From Halogeometricum borinquense DSM 11551 (GTDB lineage: Archaea; Halobacteriota; Halobacteria; Halobacteriales; Haloferacaceae), in assembly GCF_000172995.2 (NCBI RefSeq), contig NC_014729.1, positions 2,040,001 through 2,072,000 of the forward strand: DNA of 32,000 bases, read 5' to 3'. Below the pieces are notes generated by a model, which was given only the letters and a program-made list of their open reading frames with translations, searched no databases and had not been told where the DNA came from. Shown piece by piece: positions 24,419 through 31,105 of this stretch. Position 1 is the stretch's first letter. Each line of letters opens with the position of its first letter. Made by a program: the position numbers and the translations under genes.

Positions 24419-25381
24419 TTACTCCACCACCCACGGTTCCGTCGTCCCTTCACCGAACAGATCACGCATCAGCGTGACGATGCTTTCGGGCGGGTACTGA
24501 CCGCGTTCGGTCACGATGGCGTCTACGTACCGCGGCGGCGTCACATCGAACGCCGGGTTCTTTACCGTTATATCGCCGATTTCGTCCGCCTCGTCGGGGT
24601 CGATCACCTCGCTTTCTTCGCGCATCTCGATATCAACCGTGTGGCCGGTGAGTGTGTCGGGATGGAGTTTGATCGTCTGGGCGGCACAGACGATGGGTGT
24701 CCCTCTGTCGCGGGCGGTGACGGCCAATCCGCTGGTTCCGATTTTGTTGATGACGGAGCCATCGGCGGCGATGCTGTCCGCACCGACGAGTACGTGATCT
24801 ACGTCGTTCATATAGCGTCGCGCCGCCGAATCGACGATGAGCGTCACGTCCACACCCATCTCGACGAGTTCGCGCGCGGTGATGTGTCCCTGCAATCTAG
24901 GGCGCGTTTCCTTGACGATAGCCGTGAGGTCTTTGCCCTGTTCGACGGCCGCCTCGACGCACGCGAGTACGTCCGTCGAGTGGCAGTGCGTCATGATGGT
25001 GTCGCCGTCGCGGAGGCGGTTCGCACCGACGCGTCCGAGGTCGGTCTGTGCGTTTTCGAGACGGTCACAGAACTCCACGACGCTAGTGACGACAGACGCC
25101 CGAACGTCTTCGACCGTGGCTCCGTCAGCGTCGAACAGCACATAGCGGAGCGCGTTCGGGAGACTCACCGCTGTTGGGCGGGTGTCGTGGAGGACGCGCG
25201 CGGCGGCACGGAGTTCCGCGCGGAGTTCGTCTGCCGTCTCGGCCGAACTCTGCTCGGCCTGCGTGCGGAGGGCTTTCGCCGCGGCGTCGGCGATGGTCGC
25301 CGCGCCGCGAATCTCCATCGTCCCGATTGCGTCTGCTGTCTGCCGGACCTCGTCGGTGACGCGGGATTCCGGGTTGTCCAT
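24419..25381 (-). CDS. ribose-1,5-bisphosphate isomerase (eIF-2B alpha/beta/delta-like family)
   Basis: 320-aa ORF with eIF-2B-family features (MEIRGAATIADAAAKAL, THCHS, VLVGADSIAADGSVINKIGTSGLA). Its position between the AMP phosphorylase and RuBisCO genes supports the R15P isomerase call rather than a translation factor. Confidence 0.82.
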   Translation of the reverse strand: MDNPESRVTDEVRQTADAIGTMEIRGAATIADAAAKALRTQAEQSSAETADELRAELRAAARVLHDTRPTAVSLPNALRYVLFDADGATVEDVRASVVTSVVEFCDRLENAQTDLGRVGANRLRDGDTIMTHCHSTDVLACVEAAVEQGKDLTAIVKETRPRLQGHITARELVEMGVDVTLIVDSAARRYMNDVDHVLVGADSIAADGSVINKIGTSGLAVTARDRGTPIVCAAQTIKLHPDTLTGHTVDIEMREESEVIDPDEADEIGDITVKNPAFDVTPPRYVDAIVTERGQYPPESIVTLMRDLFGEGTTEPWVVE

Positions 25382-25446
25382 AGCTTATACTTGGAACCCA
25401 GTGAACAAAAGATTCGGCCGCACAAGGCGGATGCGTCGAGGACTAT

Positions 25447-26925
25447 TCAGAGTTGTTCGACCAGCGTCTCGTCCGGTGGGCGGATACGGACGGCTTCGGC
25501 GTCTTCAGCGTAGGTGGCCGCCTCTGAGAGTCGTTCGCTCGCCTCGGCGTGAATCGTATAGAGTGGGTCACCCTGTGCGACGGCGTCACCGACGCTGTGG
25601 TGGAGTTCTAATCCCGAACCGGGTGCTCGCGGCGCGCCTGCCCGACGCGCCACATCGTTGACCAGACGGTTGTTTATGTGTGTTACAACCCCGTCACGTC
25701 CCGCAGTCACCGTCTGTTCGTAGCGGCCGGGGACGAGTTCAGACGGCAATACGTCCGGGTCGCCGCCCTGTGCCGCTACGATGGCGCTGAACCGGTCGAG
25801 CGCGCGCCCGGACTCCAGTATCTCGCTCGCATCCGCATCCGCCCCGACACAGTCGAGAAGAATCTGCGCGAGACGAACGCTCTTGCGTCTGAGATCACCG
25901 GGACCGCTGCCAGTGAGAACCGACAGTACGTCCCGGGCTTCCAGCACCGGACCGACACCGCGACCGATCGGTGCGCTCCCGCCGGTGATCGTGCAGTCGA
26001 TGGTCATCCCGAGGTGGTCACCGACGCGGCCGAAGTCGTGCGCGAGTTCGCGCGCCTCGTCCAAACTCCCCACTTTCGCACCCTCGCCGTAGGGGATGTC
26101 CACGAGGACGTGCGTCGAACCTGCGCTCTGTTTTTTCGAGAGGACCGACGCGACGAGTTGGCCGTGCGGGTCCAGCGAAAGCGGTGTTTCTGCGCGGATG
26201 ATCTTGTCGTCCACGGGCGAGAGGTTGACCGCGCCACCCCATGCGATACATCCGTTCGTCTCTGCGACGACGGTCCGAATCTCCTTGGCGGAAAGGTCTA
26301 CGGGACAGAATACTTCCATCGTGTCCGCCGTGCCCGCCGCGGACGTAACCGCACGCGAGGATGTTTTTGGAATCGTAACGCCCGCCGCCGCGACGATAGA
26401 GACGATAATCGGCGTGGTTCGGTTGCCGCTGACGCCGCCGACGCAGTGTTTGTCGGCAACGATGTCCGCCTCCCACGAGAGCTTCTCCCCCGCGTCAGCC
26501 ATCGACTCTGAGAGATGCATCGTCTCCGACAGCGACGTGCCGTTGATGTACATCGCACAGACGTACGCGCCGAGTTCGACGTCCGAAAGGCGGTCGTCGC
26601 GGATGTCGCGGACGATTCGGTCGAGTTCGTCGTATTCGAGTTCGTCGTCATCCAGTTTCTTGCGGATGAACTCCACCGACGAGGGTCGCGGAGCCGGTGT
26701 CACCTCGACGGTGCCGTCGATATGTCCGAGTCGTCGCGTGACAGCTAACTCGCCAGTATCTACGAGTTCGTTGCTCAGTTCGACAATCCCAACTACCGTC
26801 TCCGACTCCGTCTCGATCTGAACCCGATCCAGCGGATGCAGTCCGAGCGTGGCGGCGTCGTCACCATGCATCAGGACCGTCGGCGCGCGCGTCCCGATAT
26901 CGATATCGACGGTAGTGAGTTGCAT
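25447..26925 (-). CDS. deoA: AMP phosphorylase (thymidine phosphorylase/DeoA family with extra N-terminal domain)
   Basis: 492-aa ORF. The N-terminal domain of about 80 aa (MQLTTVDIDIGTRAPTVLMHGDDAATLGL) is typical of archaeal AMP phosphorylases. The glycosyltransferase core contains DKHCVGGVSGNRTTP. Confidence 0.85.
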   Translation of the reverse strand: MQLTTVDIDIGTRAPTVLMHGDDAATLGLHPLDRVQIETESETVVGIVELSNELVDTGELAVTRRLGHIDGTVEVTPAPRPSSVEFIRKKLDDDELEYDELDRIVRDIRDDRLSDVELGAYVCAMYINGTSLSETMHLSESMADAGEKLSWEADIVADKHCVGGVSGNRTTPIIVSIVAAAGVTIPKTSSRAVTSAAGTADTMEVFCPVDLSAKEIRTVVAETNGCIAWGGAVNLSPVDDKIIRAETPLSLDPHGQLVASVLSKKQSAGSTHVLVDIPYGEGAKVGSLDEARELAHDFGRVGDHLGMTIDCTITGGSAPIGRGVGPVLEARDVLSVLTGSGPGDLRRKSVRLAQILLDCVGADADASEILESGRALDRFSAIVAAQGGDPDVLPSELVPGRYEQTVTAGRDGVVTHINNRLVNDVARRAGAPRAPGSGLELHHSVGDAVAQGDPLYTIHAEASERLSEAATYAEDAEAVRIRPPDETLVEQL

Positions 26926-26998
26926 ACAAGAACTATGGCTCGGTGTGAGTTAAGCTACCGTGGCACGACTGACACACCGCGGTATCACGTCTCAGTCG

Positions 26999-27442
26999 CT
27001 ACGTGTACTGTTCGATGAGTCCGCGAAGTGTTGATTTGTCGCGGACGCCGACGACCTGTTCGACAGGGTCGCCGTCGCTGAACAACAGGAGCGTCGGGAC
27101 GCCACGGACATTGTACTGTGAGGCGAGCGTTTGGTTCTGGTCGATGTCAACTTTCGCAACAGTCGCGGTCGTCTCCGCGGCGAGTGAGTTGACGGTTGGC
27201 GCAATCATCTTGCACGGTCCGCACCAATCTGCATAGAAATCGACGAGTACCACACTTGTACTAGCGACGAGCGACTCGAACTCGTCTCCACCGTTCACGT
27301 CGATCGGGTCAGCCGGAGATTCTGCGCTCATACGGTCGGTTTCGGGGCTAGTGCCATCCTCAAGCTTCGATTCGAGTTGCTTCCGCTTCCGGCGACGTAT
27401 CTCGTCGAGTTCGTCAGCGTCGGATGACTTCTCACTCATCAT
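26999..27442 (-). CDS. trxA: thioredoxin with a charged N-terminal extension of about 50 aa
   Basis: WCGPCK active site, and a thioredoxin fold from about residue 55 (FESLV...VLVDFYADWCGPCKMIAP...VPTLLLF). The N-terminus MMSEKSSDADELDEIRRRKRKQLESKLEDG is highly charged. TTATT on the minus strand lies at 27468..27464 (-26..-22). Confidence 0.85.
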   Translation of the reverse strand: MMSEKSSDADELDEIRRRKRKQLESKLEDGTSPETDRMSAESPADPIDVNGGDEFESLVASTSVVLVDFYADWCGPCKMIAPTVNSLAAETTATVAKVDIDQNQTLASQYNVRGVPTLLLFSDGDPVEQVVGVRDKSTLRGLIEQYT

Positions 27443-27511
27443 CCGAATTTGGGTCCGAGTAGCAATAACAGTTGTGTGTATTTAGAGCACTACTACACGT
27501 CAGTTCAGTGC

Positions 27512-27805
27512 TTACTCGACATAGAGCGAGTACATGATAATGGCGAACCCGATGAGTGTAAGGACGGAGTCAACGAGAACACCTTTGACGAGGTTCACGT
27601 TGAGGACGATGTCCAGTGCGCCAGCGATAATCGCACCGAAGGTGATGATTCCGAATCCGAGCGTCAACGCGTAGAGCGATGACTCGCCGGTTCGGCGGTA
27701 CGCCTTGTAGCTGAAGTACGTAATGAGTCCGCCAATGATCAGGATGCCCGTCTGGACGACGATGAGGGCAGTAGCGAGAATCGGAGCGTCGGGGAAGTGG
27801 GTCAT
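27512..27805 (-). CDS. small 3-TM membrane protein (97 aa) translationally coupled to the upstream wHTH regulator
   Basis: It has three hydrophobic helices. Its ATG at 27805 forms an ATGA overlap with the regulator stop (27802..27804). I recognise no enzymatic motif. Confidence 0.7.
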   Translation of the reverse strand: MTHFPDAPILATALIVVQTGILIIGGLITYFSYKAYRRTGESSLYALTLGFGIITFGAIIAGALDIVLNVNLVKGVLVDSVLTLIGFAIIMYSLYVE

Positions 27806-28179
27806 TTCGTCTCCCTCCGGACGGCAGACCAGATGTCTGCAAGCTGTTGGTCGGGTGCCTGTTCGGGACGGACGACGTTGACGTCGAGCCTGCGCTCGTC
27901 GGTGAGTTCGATTCGCACCTCGTCGAACGTCACCTCGTACGTCGTCGTGTGGTGTCCGTCTGCGCGTATCTCTGTTCCCTCGACGAGCAAGTCCGCCTCC
28001 GTCAGGAGGTCCAACTTACGATAGGTCGTCGAGAGCGGGATATCACACTCATCGGAGAGTTCGCTTGCCGTCATGGGTTCTACCAGTGCTCTAATGATGG
28101 CTCGGGCGTCCGCATCGTCCAACGCATCGAGGACGGAGAGGAGTTCTGACGGCTCCTCGGCGGACTGGTCGCGTGCCAT
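27802..28179 (-). CDS. small winged-helix-turn-helix transcription regulator (ArsR/TrmB-like, 125 aa)
   Basis: Trimmed to the ATG at 28179 (MARDQSAEEPSELLSVLDALDDADARAIIRAL VEPMTASELSDECDIPLSTTYRKLDLLTEADLL). It has an HTH recognition region and a beta-wing (EGTEIRADGHHTTTYEV). The upstream part of the track ORF is basic and crosses the promoter. Confidence 0.75.
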   Translation of the reverse strand: MARDQSAEEPSELLSVLDALDDADARAIIRALVEPMTASELSDECDIPLSTTYRKLDLLTEADLLVEGTEIRADGHHTTTYEVTFDEVRIELTDERRLDVNVVRPEQAPDQQLADIWSAVRRETK

Positions 28180-28203
28180 TAGCCGTACTCTTCGGCGAGA
28201 GAC

Positions 28204-28243
28204 AATAATCCCCGCGGAAATATCGCGGGGAGTTTCCCCCGCG
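28204..28243 (-). promoter_or_regulatory. promoter with operator-like triple repeat: CGCGGGG-N5-CCCCGCG-N7-CGCGGGG followed by ATTATT TATA
   Basis: On the plus strand, CCCCGCG lies at 28210..28216, CGCGGGG at 28224..28230 and CCCCGCG at 28237..28243. ATTATT on the minus strand lies at 28209..28204, which is -30..-25 from the regulator ATG at 28179. Confidence 0.5.
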
Positions 28244-28309
28244 ACAGGCACGCTGTCGTGTGATTTGTGGTTTGTTCGTCGAATGCTCACACAATTCGGA
28301 CCGGTTCGA

Positions 28310-28314
28310 CAAAA
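28310..28314 (-). terminator. oligo-T (T5) terminator after the PEBP gene
   Basis: AAAAA on the plus strand reads as TTTTT on the minus strand, about 34 nt after the TGA at 28348..28350. An imperfect hairpin precedes it. Confidence 0.4.
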
Positions 28315-28347
28315 ACAGTCCAACCCGATTCACCCGGTTCGCTCATC

Positions 28348-28995
28348 TCACCCGGACCGCTCGAACGTCGCCGTAATCCGCGCCTGTGCCAGATTCGATT
28401 CGTCGAGAGCGCGTTGGAGTTGCGAGCGCTCTGCGGCCGCCTTGACATCCAGCATCTGGTCTACCGCGTACAGCGTAAACCGGTACGTGTGCGTTCCGTG
28501 CCCCTTGGGCGGACACGCCGGGAAGTAGCCGACGTTACCGCCGCCGTTCGTTCCCTGCCGTGCGCCGTCGAGAACTGTCGTCTTGTCGGGAACGTCCTCC
28601 GGAATCGTCGCCGTATCGGGTACGAGATTCCACAGTAACCAGTGCACGAACGGGTCGCTTCCGGGTGCATCCGGGTCGTCTACGACGAGTGCAAGCGATT
28701 CGGTCTCGTCGGGAACACCCGCAATGGAGAGCGGCGGCGAGACGCCTTTCCCCTCGCACGTGAATCGGTTCGGGAGTGTCTCCCCGTCCTCGAACGCCGA
28801 CGAGGAGAGCGTCAGAGACCCGTCGCCCGATGTGTCCGTTCCACCGTCCGTTGCCAGCGTACGGTTCGTCTCGCCGTCGGTAGTTGGTTCCGCTCCGGTC
28901 AACTCCCCTGTCTCGTCTGTTGTCACGTCGGACTCCCGCCCGACACACCCGACCAGCGAAGCGCTGGAAAGGGCGAGTACATCGCGTCGGTGCAT
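28348..28995 (-). CDS. YbhB/YbcL-type PEBP family protein, predicted Tat-exported lipoprotein
   Basis: Trimmed to the ATG at 28995 (MHRRDVLALSSASLVGC), which gives a twin-arginine motif plus the lipobox L-V-G-C. A T/D/G/E-rich linker follows. The PEBP motifs are VVDDPDAP...FVHWLLWN and GYFPACPPKGHGTHTYRFTLYAVD. Confidence 0.8.
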   Translation of the reverse strand: MHRRDVLALSSASLVGCVGRESDVTTDETGELTGAEPTTDGETNRTLATDGGTDTSGDGSLTLSSSAFEDGETLPNRFTCEGKGVSPPLSIAGVPDETESLALVVDDPDAPGSDPFVHWLLWNLVPDTATIPEDVPDKTTVLDGARQGTNGGGNVGYFPACPPKGHGTHTYRFTLYAVDQMLDVKAAAERSQLQRALDESNLAQARITATFERSG

Positions 28996-29097
28996 GCGTG
29001 CCAGTACGACCTCCTCCCAGAAAGAATTGCCCCGAAATTCAGGATATCTGTGCAAGACGGAAGCGAACAGAGAACGACAGTGCCCGGAGAACAGCGA

Positions 29098-30438
29098 CTA
29101 TGAACGGTCTACATCGGATGCAGCTAAATCGACCGATTCGGACGTATCTCGCTCGTACGCGCCCGCCTTCCGCAGTCGTCCTGCCTCTTGAAGCACCGCA
29201 GGCGTGCGACAGACGCCGTTCGCACCCGCGGCTTGCGGGACAGCACAGTTATTGCAACTCTCGCAGACGACGCGCGTCTCTCTGTCGCCATCAAGCACCC
29301 GAGCGGGCAGTCGCGGTTCGGCGTAGAAGGGACGGCCGAGTCCGACAGCGTCGCAAGCATCGCCGAGAAGTCGGTCCATCTCATCGCGGCCGCGAATCCC
29401 GCCTTCACAGAGGACGGGCACCTCAACGACACGCCGGACGCGACGACACAGATCGGCGTTCCACGCCGGTTCGAAGTCGTACACCTTCGACTCGATCCAG
29501 TTGCCGACAGCGACGAGACGCGCTCGAAGTTGCCCGCCGAACGCCTCGGCGTACCCCGACTGGTAACGGTCGTCGGTCCACGCGCGTTTCGGGAACTGCC
29601 CTTTCACGATACTCGCATCCCAGAACACAGACCCCTCGACGGGGACGAGGGCGTCGTAGCCGTAGTCAGCGAGTCGGGCACAGATACCCACTGCTTCGTC
29701 AGCGGAGAGGTGACGGCGGACGACCGGTGGGGCCGCTGTCTCGGCCGGAACTTTGGTCATCACCGGGACGTCGCCCGCACGCGAACGAATCTCGTCTAAG
29801 ATGACTTCGAGAAAGCGGACACCATCACCAAACTCGTCGTTTCGGCGGTTGTAGAACGGCGAGAGAAACTGGTGAATCAAGCCCATGTTCGCGCCCGCGA
29901 GGTGGATCACGTCGTAGCCCGCATCGGCACACCACGCCGCGGACCGGCCGAAATCGGCCGCCAGTTCGTACACTTCGTCGGTGGTGAGGACGTGTGCATC
30001 GTAGTCGAGAAAGCCCGTCGCGGCCATCGCGCGGAGGAGTCTCGGGGGCGAGGAAACGGCGAGTTGTTCGAGTTCGGGGTTCGCTCGCCGGTACCCGGCG
30101 TGCCACGTCTCCATGCTCCGCAGGCCGCCGTGTTCCAGTTGGACGGCGATTTTCCCGCCGTGGTCGTGAATCGCGTCCGTGAGACGGGACAGTTCGGAGA
30201 CGAACGCGCGGTCGTGGACGCGAGTCATCCCCGGCGCGGCGCATCCGCCCTCGCCGCGGACGAGCGTCGCCCCCTGACAAATGAGCCCTGCACCGGCCTC
30301 GGCGGCGGGTTCCAACTCCGAGATGAGACAGTCTACGGCGTCAGAGCCGTTCCCCGCACACTCCAGCAACGGCGACCGGTAGAGCCGGTTCGGCACCGTC
30401 ACGCCGCCGATCTGGAATGGGGATTCGAGACGGGGCAT
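29098..30438 (-). CDS. NADH:flavin oxidoreductase / Old Yellow Enzyme family protein with C-terminal CxxCxxCx11C iron-sulfur motif
   Basis: 446-aa ORF with an OYE-type N-terminus (LESPFQIGGVTVPNRLYRSPL) and a TIM-barrel-length core. CESCNNCAVPQAAGANGVC lies near the C-terminus. CTATAC on the minus strand at 30467..30462 lies -29..-24 from the ATG at 30438. Confidence 0.8.
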   Translation of the reverse strand: MPRLESPFQIGGVTVPNRLYRSPLLECAGNGSDAVDCLISELEPAAEAGAGLICQGATLVRGEGGCAAPGMTRVHDRAFVSELSRLTDAIHDHGGKIAVQLEHGGLRSMETWHAGYRRANPELEQLAVSSPPRLLRAMAATGFLDYDAHVLTTDEVYELAADFGRSAAWCADAGYDVIHLAGANMGLIHQFLSPFYNRRNDEFGDGVRFLEVILDEIRSRAGDVPVMTKVPAETAAPPVVRRHLSADEAVGICARLADYGYDALVPVEGSVFWDASIVKGQFPKRAWTDDRYQSGYAEAFGGQLRARLVAVGNWIESKVYDFEPAWNADLCRRVRRVVEVPVLCEGGIRGRDEMDRLLGDACDAVGLGRPFYAEPRLPARVLDGDRETRVVCESCNNCAVPQAAGANGVCRTPAVLQEAGRLRKAGAYERDTSESVDLAASDVDRS

Positions 30439-30509
30439 ACGCCATCACAGGGGGCGAGCGAGTATAGTTTCTCGGCCGATTCGACGCCGCTACTGGTCGG
30501 TAGCGTGCG

Positions 30510-31028
30510 CTAGTCGGCCGACTCGCCACGGACCTCGCTCGCGGCGCGACGAATCGTCTCGGCCTCGTCCTCGCTGTAGGCGATGAAACGAACGTCTGAG
30601 AGCGAGTTGGGGTCGTGGCCGTCGATGACCTCACAAATAATGCGCGCGCCGTCTTCGAGGGCGAACCCGGCGACGCCGCATCCGAGAGCGGGCATCACCA
30701 GCGATTCACAGCCGAGTTCGTCGGCGCGCTCCAGCGAGTTGCGCGCGGCGTCGCGGATACTCTCGGCCGTCGCCTGCCCGTCGCCGTAGTGTGGCATCGC
30801 GGCGGCGTGAATCACCCAGTCGGCGTCGAGTTCGAAGGCGTCCGTGACGGCAACCGCGCCGAGGTCAACCGGTCCCTCGGCCATCGCCGCCTCGTTCAAC
30901 TCCGACCCACCGCCGCGTCTGAGCGCGCCCGCAACGCCCGACCCCATCCGAAGGCTCGTTCCGGCGGCGTTCACGAGTACGTCTGCGGATTGCTGTGCGA
31001 TGTCTCCGTGGACGACGCGAAACTCCAT
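30510..31028 (-). CDS. macro domain protein (ADP-ribose / O-acetyl-ADP-ribose binding or hydrolase, Af1521/MacroD-like)
   Basis: Trimmed to the ATG at 31028 (MEFRVVHGDIAQQSADVLVNAAGTSLRMGSGVAGAL...). Further motifs are VIHAA and PALGCGVAGF. AATTTTTG on the minus strand at 31059..31052 lies at -31..-24. The longer track ORF overlaps the peptidase stop. Confidence 0.85.
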   Translation of the reverse strand: MEFRVVHGDIAQQSADVLVNAAGTSLRMGSGVAGALRRGGGSELNEAAMAEGPVDLGAVAVTDAFELDADWVIHAAAMPHYGDGQATAESIRDAARNSLERADELGCESLVMPALGCGVAGFALEDGARIICEVIDGHDPNSLSDVRFIAYSEDEAETIRRAASEVRGESAD

Positions 31029-31105
31029 ACTTCGAGATTGCGTGCGAAGGGCAAAAATTCGGGTGCGGTCAGGTGGTGGGTTATCCGCTCGTGTCGCCGT
31101 CTTGA

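Noticed and set aside
28300-28341. An 8-bp direct repeat, CCGGTTCG, at 28300..28307 and 28334..28341 downstream of the PEBP gene.
   Set aside because: It is short, has only two copies and sits in a terminator region. That is not beyond chance expectation for GC-rich DNA.
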